NCBI GenBank assembly: GCA_002633005.1
Contig: NMRA01000075.1
Location: 647,145 to 711,144 of the forward strand
Direction: 5' to 3'
From: Phoronis australis
Taxonomy: Eukaryota; Animalia; Phoronida
DNA: 64,000 nt
This document shows positions 22,077 through 35,082 of the stretch, piece after piece. Below the pieces are notes generated by a model. That model was not told the DNA's origin and searched no databases. It was given only the letters and a program-made list of their open reading frames with translations. The position numbers were made by a program, and so were the translations under genes. Every line of letters begins with the position of its first letter. Positions within the stretch are counted from its first letter, which is position 1.

Positions 22077-25000
22077 ATGGGGCATGCAGCCAGTTTCTTT
22101 TTGATTGTTTGTTGTGTTATGTTTTGTACAACTTTTTTGTGTCGCTCATTCTTTCCTGGACATTAAGCAATGAAAATTTACCTTAGTGAAGCGGGGTTTA
22201 ACGTTTGTGAAATTCAAACAGACATCAGACTATTTGTATTTTTTCAGGAAAGCCAATGAGATCAGAATAGTTCATTAACAAAATTGTAAACTTGAGTTTA
22301 TAATAGGACCTTAGAAAATGTACATATTTGGCTTACTTTGGAACATTATATCTTAGAAATAGCTGATCCAATTACCATGAAACTTTGAGATACTATTTTT
22401 ATCTACTATTCTACACAGCAGTGTTTGGAATTGATTTTCGAACGTTTCGCTTATGTATGAAGGGCTATAGAAATTGATTTTTTGATTTTTTTTTTTGAAA
22501 AAAGGGTTGCATAAAAGGAAAATGAAACAGTAACTCAGAAAAGTGTAACAGAGTTTTTGAGATTACATCTTGAACATTTATATTAAACGAAACTTTGTCA
22601 TCTTATTGATACCGTTATTTTCCTTTCGTTGTTGCTAAATTTCAGCAAAATTCGTCATCACGTGATCCAACTAATGGCCAATTATCAAAGCGTCAACAAT
22701 CAATTTCTATTGACTTTCAACTTTCAGAAAATAATACTTTTACTGAGTTAAAAGTGATAGTTTTTTTGGTATTTGACAGAATAGGCAGACTTATTCAGGT
22801 CCAACATAGCCTAAAATTGCTCATTTTTGACGTGTAATTTCTTTGTTGCGTCACAGCGTTCAGCAGCTTTCTCGCAGTCTGCTCGCACAATTACGAAAAA
22901 CGATGTGTTGTATCCAAACTACAATGGTTCTGCGCGTTTGCAACACGCCCGCTTTTACCTTTGCTACTTGTTAAAATCTATGCTAAAACGAGGCATTGTG
23001 TCCTAACCAACAATCATTCATTGACGTCATAAGAAAAATGTAATTATAAATCAAAACGAATTATTGTACATTGTAAGTATATCATTACTATAATACCTTG
23101 GAAATTTAGCGAGTTGCTACGAGAAAACATGGCGAATTATACATGTTCGGTGTTTCTGTAGGCGTATAATTATTTTGATCCGCCATTGCACCGACGTAAA
23201 TTTAAGTGCACAGTTTTCTTTTGACGGAATTAAAGAACCTCTCCGGACACGACCAAAAATAACACCGACATACATGTACCAGTTTAAGGACTAAGGCAAA
23301 CATTCTGTAGAAAATAGCGGTTGAGTCCTCCTCTTCAGAAATCCGCTAGTTCGTTGGTGTGTACTAAAATTAGTAAGAAATTAGTCTCCAAGTCTTAAGT
23401 TTATCTATCTTGTCACAAGCTGAAGATTGCGTTTAAAATTAACTTGACTAAATCCTGTATTACGCGTTATTTTTCAATTTAACCCCGTGGTCATGGCGGC
23501 AGTCCATTAGCCAGTTCGCGTACGTTCAAAGAAACAGAATTGCGATAAATACTCTTTCGTCCTAGGACTACGACACTACACAAACGCTTGCTTGTGTCAA
23601 TACATGAACCATGAGTTTATGACTGACGATCGTAAAATCATCCCGGGGCATATTAGTCATGTAATCGTGTTTTTTTCTTTCTTTAGAATATTTGGATTGC
23701 TGTAACTTCTGCGGCACATAGGTCGAATCTTCGACTAAAAAGAGTCTGTATTTTGAATTCCAGGCTTTAGTTAATCTATCCGTTACGCCAACTGTTACAG
23801 AGACTTAGACTATGCTTTGTAATTTTGTTTTACGTAGGTTGCGTTCCATGCATTTCGACATAAACAAAGCGCGTACATTTTACAAAGGTAGATTTAGGGG
23901 CACAAGGCACCCGCAACCGTTCGACCACAATCAAAAAGAAAATGAAGCCGTCGGCGCGCAGTTTTAAGCGCTACGCGGATTAAAAAAAAATATTTTGTTT
24001 GCGAAGATTGTGGGTCTGACAGTGTTACGCTACAAGGCTTTCTCGTGAGTGTCTTTTATTCTAAGGATTGTAGTGGTGAACTACATGCAACTGCTATTTG
24101 GGTTGACTTTGCTTCATTTTGTTATCTTTTATAAACACGCTTAATTTTGTCAAAGATTAACACGAATTTCAATCAGAAGTTAGCCATATTCGGTTCATTC
24201 TTTGTTTTCCACTTTCTTGTGTTTTTGATATTACATCGATAGTTAGAGATGATTTCAGTTAAGGATTTTAAATTCTAGATAGGCGAGTTTCGTCTTGGGT
24301 TTCTCCTGAACTAGGTGTTCTGGTCAAATTTGAAAGTGAACATTACTTATTACACGTGAATGACGGAAAACATCTCAGAAATATTATTCTTTAAATAACG
24401 AAAAATCAATCTAGATAAATCAGCTGGGTATTTTTCTGTTGAATCAATCAAAACTTCCGTTAATTCTTTGGGACAACATGTAGAAACAAAAACAAAGCGT
24501 TCCATCCCAAATCAGTGATCTTCCAACATGGGACTAAAAGGGAAAACAAAATTTAAAAGCAGAAAGTGTCGTTTTGGATTCTAAAGATCCTTTTTGTAAC
24601 GGTCACTCCAGTGTGATTGTTTAGCTCGGACCAATTAATTACGCTGTTTTCTGTTTTGATTCGTCATAAACAGCACGGAGTCGTTATGAACAAAAGCGGA
24701 AAGTTTTTCACGACAAAGTCTATATGAATCTTATCAAATATTTTACCTCGTTGCTCATGATTGTTCGTGATGAATCTATTAACGTGCACATGTGTTAGGT
24801 GGATGAAAACAGAATTTGATCATAAATTATATCATCGAAACCTCATCTGAGTGTACCCATGATCGACACCCTGACAATTTCTGTTTACTAACAAGTATTT
24901 AGAAAAATGTAGATTAAGGTAAAACACTTCAAAATCCGGTGAAAATCGTGGCAAAAACACTAGCTTTCGAGCCTTTATGGTAGAAACAATGTACGAGATG

Positions 25001-25099
25001 AGCAGAATAAGCAGATTCCGTGGTGTTCTTAATAAAAGTAAACATTTTTATCCTTTTATACTTTGAATGCTCTATATAATAACCCTTCCCCACCATTTC

Positions 25100-25745
25100 A
25101 ATTATGTCGGTATGAACATCACAAATTGTTTATCAATTTCTGAAAACAGGTACATATATTACAATTATTACGTCACATTATTTGAATTATTTGAGACTAC
25201 AAAGATACTCGAAACGGACTTGTACGTTGCTTTATTTTCTAAATTTGTTTATAAATGTATTCACAATTGCTTGCCTTCATTTTTAGTACACTGTACGTTT
25301 AATTTAACAACCCGCTGGTCGGCTTACGAACGTTTCACTAGACAACGCAACTTTTTACACACTCTTCGTTGTATTCAGTTCGCAATGCCTCGTCTAACGT
25401 TATGTATAATCTTCCTATAAGTGTTTAACAAAAACCTACCCTTTCATGAGCTTCTATTATTGATTATTTTAAGAATTTATGTTTTGAGAAGTTATGATCT
25501 TCAGGGCACCATTCCCAGCTGCTGTGCATGTAACTATTTTTTTAAATCTTGTCTGGTATAATTTGGTTCGACGTGTTACCACCTTTTTGAAACTGATGTT
25601 TTTCTTATATTTCAATAGCATGTTTTTTGTTGTTTTTTTTTTCTTTTGACTCCGTAGTCAGTGGACCTTGTGAATTCATCAAGGCGTCTCCATAAGTTTT
25701 ATGTTTTTAATTTGTATTCGTCATGTTATATTATGAATAAAGTGT
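25100..25745 (+). mobile_element. Decayed CR1/Crack-like LINE 3' end
   Basis: LF..KIL..LY..KFVYKCIHNCLPSF..TRQRNFLH pattern of the ORF2 C-terminus, then a T-rich 3' UTR and AATAAA near 25736. Confidence 0.55.
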
Positions 25746-25822
25746 ATTGTTATCGCTGCTACTAAACAAACAAAGCCGCGTGACTTTCCACAGTAAGTAG
25801 ACGGGAGAGTAAGTCTTGTTAA

Positions 25823-27450
25823 AGGAGAATGCCACCCAATTTGATTTGACATTTTACCGTCTTAATCGGTCTACATCCACATCGCCTCGCATACGGTCGA
25901 CCTTACCTTGCCGAGAGGTGTCGCGTTAACCTGTGAGGAAGGTGAGAATCGACACAGCGACGTCAGTGGTTCATTTGCAGGGTGAATGCCGCGGTGCATC
26001 GTTCCCGCTTGTCCGAAGCATGCAGCTGCGAAAAAAAAGCGGGTACATCGTTTTTTAGACTACCTCGAGAGTCCGAAATGCTTAGGAAGTGGCTCACGGT
26101 AGTGAACAATGAAAAGTACGCTGTTATTATCAAGTATTAGGCTGTGAAACATCTCCGTGTCTGTGGCCGGCAGTTGTCAACAGTGAGTCTGACAAATGCC
26201 AGCTTTCCAAAGAACTACCCATACGTTCCCTTGTATGTGCATGTTCACGGCGTCTAGTTGTATTTCTTGATCATTCCGGTTCGAACTGATAGCCTGTGAA
26301 ACGTAACGAGCCACCTGCGAAGTCTTCGTCGGATGAACTCTCGTCTAGAAGTCGGGATTCTGTTGATGTTCTGCGTTCTGTTTCAAAATGAAATATTCTC
26401 GCCCTAACCAATGCTTTTATAAAACTGAAACAAAGTCTGTCTCATTAGATACAATTTGTAATGCCTTTGGAGTATTCGTGAGTGCAAATGTTTTGAGAAG
26501 CCAGCAATGAATAAACCGCTGCGTTACCGGCTTCAGATGGAATAAAGGTAATTGACCGGCAACGAGGCCGTGTGAGCACATGCTAATTCAGTGTTTGCTG
26601 ACAGAAATTGTAATGAAAAAATAACTCGATTTTCCATCCCACGGACAGGTGTTAGGGGAATCTTTATTTACAAACACATTATTCAAATAACGATTGCCAA
26701 TGTAATAGTTCTGCCCTGAGGATTCTGTGGCTAAAGGGAAACTTTAATTCGCTGCCCCCCCCCCCCCNGGACGAGTTAGTAGATTTGAAGTTTCGTGGCT
26801 AATTCACCAACATATTCAGGTGCACATTAATTCTTTGTCTCACTATTATAGTATTTTCTTGACTGGAGGTATAGTTTCCAACTTTGGCTGCTTTATGTTC
26901 GTGATGTCTTCAGTCCGGCCGCGACGGGCCTGATCGGTTTCCGGGCCACTGGCCGGGATAACAAGCGTTTAGTGTGTTTAGAACTAAAAAATCACAAGTC
27001 CAAACAACACAGATCTAAGTTCTCCTGTCTGTATTTCACGTAAAAATACTTAGAATTTATCTCCGAAGAGATCCCACACCCCTGTTACGGACCTTGGTAA
27101 ATTGGCATGCCGAACTTTGTAGGCCTACGGTGTGTCTAAATACCAATAATCTGTAACAGCGAAATAAAACAACACGTTTTTGAAGAACTCAGTGTATTTT
27201 TAAGGGTTTTACGTCGAAGTTTGAAGATTTATTGGTGTTAAACGATGAATTCAAGCGATAAGCTTACACCAGTAACACGTGTTGTGAACTGCTGAACAGA
27301 CTGCGTGTGAAACCAATGACGTCAGTGGATAATTCCAACACCTCCGTCTGCCGTCAGGTGTCAGGTAACGCAACCGAACGTGCCGTTATCGAGTAGAACT
27401 ACTCGACATAAATTGATACAAAATAGGATGTTTTTGAGTGGCATGATCCT
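25823..27450 (+). mobile_element. Kolobok-like non-autonomous DNA transposon with decayed THAP (copy 1, both ends)
   Basis: TTAA|AGGAGAATGCCAC ... GTGGCATGATCCT|TTGA. From ATG 25986: MPRCIVPACP..(frameshift)..SFFRLP..RKWL..LRVC. Further copies at 41685-41935 and 50027-51258. Confidence 0.75.
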
Positions 27451-28519
27451 TTGAAGCCATTTTTTAAATATACCAATTGGATTGTGAAATGGTTGCAATC
27501 AAAGAGCCATTTCTAAAATATTTACATGTAGTATTATTACAAATTCCTTCTTCTTCGTGAAAGCCACCTGTGCTCAATATTGAGGTGCATTTAATATTGA
27601 TGATTTCAGAATTATTCAAACATGCGCTGTTTGTTCGCCCTCAATACAAAAAATGAGTCACCAAAGCAATTCAATTAACGCTTTAATTGCATTAAAATTG
27701 CAGATTGTTGCTGTATTCGATCACCCAGGAAAGCCAAGAACCGGGAAAAAATAACTTCATAAATAATATGTAAAATTCTGTGTCCTATAAACATCAATGC
27801 ATAAGTGTATTTATCACGAACTGTTGTCGACATTTCCTCTCTAGAGTACAATCTAAAAATCAGCTTGTTTACTCTGTCTGGTTCTTCAGGACGCAAATGC
27901 GCAAGCTCTGCGCATGCTCAACTTGAAACCGTGAACTCGTGCGTCAAAGACGGTCTCTAGGGTCCTTGCGTGTATCAATAAGTTGAAGTAGCAAAGAAAC
28001 AGACGACTGGGAAGTTTTCATTTTTGAAAAAATAGCAAATTTGAAGCTGATCTGATAATACTGAAACTTCCTAATCAAATTAAATTACTGCTTGTCAGAA
28101 AATTACAACACCTATAACAGACGTTGAGGTGTGGGGTATCTGTCTTGGGTACACAATTTTGTGAGCCAGGTGAGTTGTCTTGCAACATTTTCTCTTGATA
28201 GATTTTCTTTTAGGTGACACCACTCAAAATCCCAGGAAAGTATGTCTTATTATATCGCGTAGGTTTTTCCAGAAATACCCAAGAGTGTAATACAGTAGAA
28301 GCACAAATTAATGCGAGGGTTGTCCAAAATGAGTACACTTGTGTTATGATGTTCTGGTTCGTACTTTTGTTTCAGTGGTCTGAGATTCAGAGTGGGAAGA
28401 GAAATGTAGAGTACCTCTCGTAACTGTGTTGATTTCTTATAAAATCGGAAAGAGATAAGCTCTGCTATCTCCGAAACTCGTTTAGGATTCATCGTGTGAC
28501 TCCGTAAGTGGCAAAATAG

Positions 28520-28915
28520 CGTTTTGTCATGAATTTATGTCGTCAGTGAGTGTCTACTTGGAAATGGAGTCTCAATACACGACGGTGTCATGAGATAACC
28601 GGCACTCCCCAGCATTAGGTGATATTCCATAAGCAACTTCTTCGACTCTAGAAAAACCACAGAATTTATAAGGAAATGCAAAATAATGTTAATTGTCAAA
28701 ATGGGTGCAGTTGTGCTATAATAAATACCGTTCATACAAAAATGAATTGTGGGCGGCAATTTTCTTCGTTTCCGTTGATTGGTTTGGCTATATTTTCGTG
28801 TTTGAAAAATGAGACGCAACACTGTGCATGAGAAGTCGAGACTCGTGCAAACCTATGAAATATTTTCATCCTCTTGCAAAGGATCAGTATGAGCTCGTCC
28901 TGAGCAACTGTACGG
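28520..28915 (+). pseudogene. Possible decayed LRAT/NC-domain (permuted papain-like) coding fragment
   Basis: VYL/GNGVSIH across a frameshift (~28552-28580) and YELVLSNC (~28888-28911), about 100 codons apart, with several stops between. The expected EHF after NC is absent. Confidence 0.25.
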
Positions 28916-29075
28916 CGTGTACCCCGTTCCCCAATCCGCCTATGTTTGTATACAGGGTGCCACTTGTCCATATCGGTGGCGCTGTGCAAGGGCATGGAAC
29001 ATCTGGGAAATCAGTGAATAATACGCTAGTATACTGGCAACCATGCTTATAGCACACTGAACCCGGCGTACCGGC

Positions 29076-29106
<31 letters not shown>

Positions 29107-29759
29107 NNNNNNNNNNNNNNNNNNNNNNNNNNNNNNNNNNNNNNNNNNNNNNNNNNNNNNNNNNNNNNNNNNNNNNNNNNNNNNNNNNNNNNNNNNNNNN
29201 NNNNNNNNNNNNNNNNNNNNNNNNNNNNNNNNNNNNNNNNNNNNNNNNNNNNNNNNNNNNNNNNNNNNNNNNNNNNNNNNNNNNNNNNNNNNNNNNNNNN
29301 NNNNNNNNNNNNNNNNNNNNNNNNNNNNNNNNNNNNNNNNNNNNNNNNNNNNNNNNNNNNNNNNNNNNNNNNNNNNNNNNNNNNNNNNNNNNNNNNNNNN
29401 NNNNNNNNNNNNNNNNNNNNNNNNNNNNNNNNNNNNNNNNNNNNNNNNNNNNNNNNNNNNNNNNNNNNNNNNNNNNNNNNNNNNNNNNNNNNNNNNNNNN
29501 NNNNNNNNNNNNNNNNNNNNNNNNNNNNNNNNNNNNNNNNNNNNNNNNNNNNNNNNNNNNNNNNNNNNNNNNNNNNNNNNNNNNNNNNNNNNNNNNNNNN
29601 NNNNNNNNNNNNNNNNNNNNNNNNNNNNNNNNNNNNNNNNNNNNNNNNNNNNNNNNNNNNNNNNNNNNNNNNNNNNNNNNNNNNNNNNNNNNNNNNNNNN
29701 NNNNNNNNNNNNNNNNNNNNNNNNNNNNNNNNNNNNNNNNNNNNNNNNNNNNNNNNNNN
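29107..29759. other. Assembly gap flanked by (CT)n/(CCCT)n; other gaps at 40962-41407, 53488-53657, 56338-56389, 59530-59726
   Basis: Runs of N. Confidence 0.99.
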
Positions 29760-29989
29760 CTCCCTCCCTCTCTCCCTCCCTCCCTCCCCCTCTCTCTCTC
29801 CCTTCAACTCCAGCAAACTGACAAACGCGACACCCTATCAATTGAGAGCAAATGGCATACATGTAACTCAGAGTAGTCTAACTAAACATGAATCGCCTCA
29901 ATGCTGAGGAACACACTCAATAATAAACAATACGATATCGTACCAAAGCAGCAAACTCAGTATCTATAACACATGTAATACAATGTCTA

Positions 29990-31850
29990 TACAAAAATCC
30001 AGAAGCAATGGCATGCTTAAATGAAAATCATACTTACGTACAAATCTTCAATTCCAATAGATACAGGTTTCCACTGGTCTCTGGAGGGTAGATAGCCTTG
30101 CCGGATCCTTTCGGTGACGACATGAACCAAATCTTCATTGACTCGAGGAATTTCTTACCAACACTAAATCACCAACGGAAATTTCCCTAATATGCTAAAA
30201 CCATTTGCTCTTTCTGCGACGACTGCAAATATTCTCATGACCGCCGCTTCCAAAACAAGTTGAACAAGTACTTTATCCCTCGCTGACAAATCACAATCAA
30301 AGATTACATTCCATACATTCTGCAATAGCACCATTTTGAAGCGACTCGACAGGGGACATTAGCCTTTTATTGTCATACGAAGAAATGGTGCTTCACAGGA
30401 CATCTCGACGAAAAACAGCTCCGGAAGTAGGCTAATGAGAAGTGTAAAACTGTAGGGAATCACTCTGAATCTCCATGGTGACACCTGTACGTCACGCTCG
30501 GAGGGGAACTCCTCAGAACATTTCTATCACTGCTCGGTGGTCTTTTGGGTTTCAGTTACAGATTACAGGACACTAAGCTAAAAACCACTTTCGGCACAGT
30601 ACTGGTGACGTCACGGATGGCCTCAACAGCCAGCTTAACATCCACGGAGCAGTACATAAAATCGTCGACATACAAGTACATGCAGAAGCATTCTTTCAAG
30701 TGATCATTGTTGCGTGAAGTGGTCCTGTCCGAGGAAGAAACACGAAGATCTGAGTGCATGAAAACTCCAAACAGACCCACAGTCATTCGGTAAACGCCGG
30801 GATTCTGGTCAGATCAGCCATAAGAACAATCCGCTCTTATCAAAATCGTAACAACACGTGGGAAAAATCTAGGTCAATTTTGGTACTGTGATGAAGTTAG
30901 CATTCTGTGACACACCTCTGAAACATGCAATGCAATCGGAGGCAACACTAAGCTTCTCCTTCTTAGTGTGAACAACACCGTGATGCGAGACATACCAGAT
31001 TCTGCGGTCGCGTCTCCTTCAAACTCGCTGGATGTCATCTTTTCTACCAGGTTGCTCGATATCTCGCGTGACCTCACCGTGACTCTTACAATAGATAGTC
31101 TGCAACAAGACGCTTAGAAACCATTAAGAACTTGCAACCTGTAGTCAAGGGGAGGAGGTTCCATTTGGAACGGAAGCGAGAACTGCGTGTGAAGGCTGAT
31201 GAATGACTTAATTGAGTAGTCTCGTCCATCTTAGTAAGGTACACATTCTCCTCAACAGTCAGCTCAAGGTTGCAAGTCTTTTTTGGAAAATACTCTGTGT
31301 AGCGTTCGCTATCTTCCCTGTAAATGAAAGCACTTGCGACGTCTCTCTGAGGACATTCTATTTGATCCATCCCAAGGTACATGTAGTGTTGGTCACATGC
31401 GGCGAACCTTCGTACCACTCTTCACTTAAGGGCGTGCATATGCATCCGACATGTTGTTCTCAATGAGAAGGCAGACATCAGTATCCACTGGAGGTGCAAC
31501 CACTCCATACAAGTGAGGCCATCTTTTGGTGTCATTCGTAATAGCAATACGCGGTAACTATTTATTAGCGATCAAAATCGTAGGCAAAGCAGGACAACTG
31601 TTCGCGATATTGCAGGTGGACATACCATGGAGGGTGTAGGGTACATATGTAATTCAATGTTGACGCTTTCTGTCAACACTGGTGGCTGCCGCAAGACGGT
31701 TATGGTAGAACTAAGCATTACTACCACTACCCATCAACGCACATGTCACGATTTTTCAGGACAAACCGGAGGGATAGCTATTCGTACAATGAGGAACCAC
31801 AATGGCAACTGCTTCTGCACTCGAAGTGGTCGACAAAACACTAGATGTCG
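29990..31850 (-). mobile_element. Old, highly degenerate BEL/Pao pol remnant
   Basis: LYVDDF RT motif near 30660-30680 followed by CSVDVKLAVEAIRDV, plus DKVLVQL and pre-RT fragments. Many stops and frameshifts. Confidence 0.55.
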
Positions 31851-32533
31851 GTAAAATGTATAACCGCGGGATGGGTTTTACCGCATTTTTACATTACGGC
31901 ATTTTGTACTTGTTCCTAGTTGTGTCCTTCAACTTACGCCGTTACAGTGGCACAAGATTGATCTCCCAATTAACAGAAGTTCACTGCAATGTAATGGATG
32001 TATGACTCATGGGCAATAATTTGAAAAACTACACATGGCCTAACCCACCGGACTTCAGGAACTTCCAAATTCACGTATTGTATTCGAAATAATACTTAGT
32101 TTGTAACGAGAATATGATGATTTGTAAGTTTCTTCTTGTCGGAGTTTATACTCGAGAATAGACTTCTTTTTGACGTATTGTCGTGAAACGGTATGAATTT
32201 TGAGACTGAATGAAATATTTAGTACGATATAGCACGATAAAACGGCCTTTCGAATCACAAAAATAAATCATACATAATTGAAAACGAACTGAAAGTAAAA
32301 TCGCCATTTCGGTTAACCACAGCTAATCGTTACAACCTTTAGTTACCATGTTTTGCCATTACGTTTTACCAAGATGGTTCAACCTTTCCATCTAAGTGCG
32401 CTTTACACAACAAATTACCTGTTAATTTGTTTTAGCACCTGGCCTCATGGTGCACGGAAGAAGTAAATTGAATATGGCACTTTTCATGATTGAAAAACAG
32501 ACATTCGCTGAACAAATGAAAAAAGTTCATATT

Positions 32534-32574
32534 GATTCGACGTTTTATCTATCCATTAGACTTCATCAGATTAT
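32534..32574 (-). ncRNA. Degenerate (inactivated) hammerhead ribozyme, Penelope-like remnant
   Basis: Minus strand CTGATGA-A-GTCTA[ATGGA]TAGAT-AAAA-CGTC. It matches a minimal hammerhead if the TA was originally CG (TAGAC-GAAAC-GTC). Stem I is poor. Confidence 0.45.
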
Positions 32575-32671
32575 AAACAATGAGACATCAAGTGTCGACT
32601 TACAGTACCAGTCGGGTTACACCCATAAAGTGAACTATGACAGCAAATAGTAAAGAGGTCATCACCATGGC

Positions 32672-33370
32672 TGTAAGGTCACTCAGGTCTGCATTTTATT
32701 GTTCATCTCACGTTTTCCCCGTGTGTCGGTGGGCGGACGTGGTTACTAATAGCTTTCGGTGCGACGAGAGACTGAAGACTGGTTCGAGTTAATCTCTTTA
32801 TAAATCTCGACTTTCACAAGCCTACTCAAGCAAAACGTCCGACGCAATGTCTGTTTTATGCTCCAGCCAATGCTGCGGAGCCTTGACTTGTAATGAGCTT
32901 CTGAGACACTTCCAGCAACTGTTACACTCTTTGATGATTCAATAACCTGCTGTCTCTATAGCGGGCTCTCTATTGACAATCGCTGTAATTACTAGCTCTC
33001 TTCACTGCAACTCAACTGTACTTCTCTAAATTGTTCAGCTGTTAACTCCAACTGCTGAACTGAAACTTAATAATACAAACCCGTGCCTTGGTATTTATAG
33101 TCTTGTGCAATGTTTCAGAACTTTTCACCAGTTCAAGCACGTTTTAGAACTTTCCGGAATCTATCCAATCAGTCTACAAATATAAACTAGTCTCTAAAAT
33201 ATTACAGACTGCATTAATCACTGCCATGATAGAATCTTCTAGAAACTTCTACACTAATCTGTATTAAAAAATTACATCATCACTTACTGACCTCAGGGGT
33301 CATGCCAATCAATAACACAAACAAAACAATAAAATAAAAACCAAGAACAGTGTCAGTCTAAATTCTGACA
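32672..33370 (-). repeat. 3' LTR of the Gmr1-like element (~699 bp)
   Basis: Minus strand TGTCAG...CTTACA, directly after purine tract GGTAGAGGAGTGT. Internal TATAAATA (~33092-33099) and AATAAA (~32695-32700). Confidence 0.8.
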
Positions 33371-35082
33371 ACACTCCTCTACCAAAGAGAAAATTGCTCA
33401 AAAGTCATCTGGCACAGATATATAATCTTCCGCAGCTGTATCCTTCGATAAAGTGCTCCCTGACTTGCAGGCTCTGCTAGTCGACTTAAGTTGTCTGCAC
33501 CAACGTTAGATTTTCCCGGGATATCCTACACATGGAATTAATAATTCTGCAGTGCTATAACCCATCTCATAACACTGGAACTTTCAATCTTACAACGCTG
33601 AATATTTACCAAGGGTTTGCGGTCTGTTTTCCTAACACCGAGGTGTCCACCGAGCCCGGTATGGACTCATGAACGAGCCTCATCACGGACTTCCGTTAAC
33701 TGCTTGGCACCACATCTTGTTTCACCTCGTCATCATCCTAGTTCTTAAACAACCGATAGAGCACTCCTCGCTGAATCTCCATCACATATGACCCTTTGCC
33801 TTTGGTCTGTCGCTGAACCTTTGCTTCAGCTTGCTCCCGCAGCTTTTTCATTGATGAATGTTCATGCTGGACTACTTTGAACTGCTTTAGTCCCACCTCT
33901 TGTATGTTTGGAGATACAGCTAACGGCTTAATGCCCGCTTTTGTCGCGCTGCCTGAGCCTTAGTAGACACTGTTACAGCTTCCCTGCTAGATTCTTTGGG
34001 ATCCGTTCCTGCCGACAAGTGGGCCATCTCCTCTCCCTCTAGAGTTGAGATCACCGGGTTCTCCACTTGGGAAATAGTAACCTTTTGAGCGCCATCTTTC
34101 GGACCCTCCACTAGGCCATTGCCTCTACTGTCCTTGTTGACAGTAGTTGCCGTCTCATGTAGCTCAATATCCCCTGGGTCCAAGGCGCCAGGTACGTCCC
34201 CGATAATCAAATCGGCCACTGGACGCTCCATACACATTTCAAACTTTTCTCCTGTGTAATACGGTGTCTTGATGTTGATCTTTGCGACAGGCAGCCATCT
34301 CTTGGTAGAGTCCGCCAACTCGCATGACTGACCACTTCCGGCAGGTCATATCTCCTGGTGCAACTGGATTGGATCGAGCCAAAATGGTTGTGCAGCCTGT
34401 GTCTCTCAACACTGAGACCTTCGTGCCAACAAACCCCTCCTTCAGACGCAGCCTTCCTTTGAAGGCTCGTTCAGGGTAAGTACGCTTCACAGACTCCTTT
34501 TTACTCTGAGAACCTCGGTGGTTGACCTCTGTTCACTTTTGGTGTCCTCTTCCGACAGTCTCTTGCCAGGTGTCCAGCTTTGTGACAGAAGAAACGCTAT
34601 TCGTCATTGAGGTCAGTTTTCTTCTGGTCGACTCTCTTGGTGTCTGTCTTCACTGGGCGTTCTTGGGACTTTTTTCGACTGAGTGCTTGTTATATCCACT
34701 CCATGGGCCTCAATATATCTCTCTGCTAGGTTGACTATTTCCGGAACATACTTGGGTGTCCGCTCTCGCAAGAAAAAGACCAAGTCTTTAGCAGAGGTGT
34801 TCACTTACTGCTCATAAACTAACAGGTTCCTCAACCCAGCAAAGTCTTTACCACAGTCGGTCATGTCGATCCACCGCTGTATGCGAGCCACAAACTGGTA
34901 AGCTGTCTCGCCCTTCTCAGCCCTCGCTTCCCGGAACGGTTTGCGAAAGCCCTCACCTCATACTGCTTCAGTAAGGATCTCTTGAGTGTAGCATAGTCCA
35001 GTTCATTAGCCATTGGAAGGCTCGTGTAAGCCTGTAGGCCCTTACCTGTTTACAGGGGACTGAGACTAATTGCCCATTCACT
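32672..35082 (-). mobile_element. Gmr1-type Ty3/Gypsy retrotransposon, internally deleted and 5'-truncated
   Basis: SCAN-like gag (GETAYQFVARI.RW..LRNLL..EQ..L..FLRER.P..LAERYIEAH), protease VLRDTGC, integrase start HES..GGHLGVRKT fused to RNase H end D.KPL..RW..ALQ.Y.F..IPGKSNVGADNLSR, then PPT and 3' LTR. Confidence 0.85.

Noticed and set aside
28730-29080. C-type lectin reading on the minus strand (CYK, YFIGLH, NGNEENC)
   Set aside because: The motifs fall in different frames and the diagnostic Trp/Cys pattern is missing.
28884-29862. Long ORFs containing X runs (also at 40.9, 53.5, 56.3 and 59.5 kb)
   Set aside because: Artefacts of translating through N gaps.
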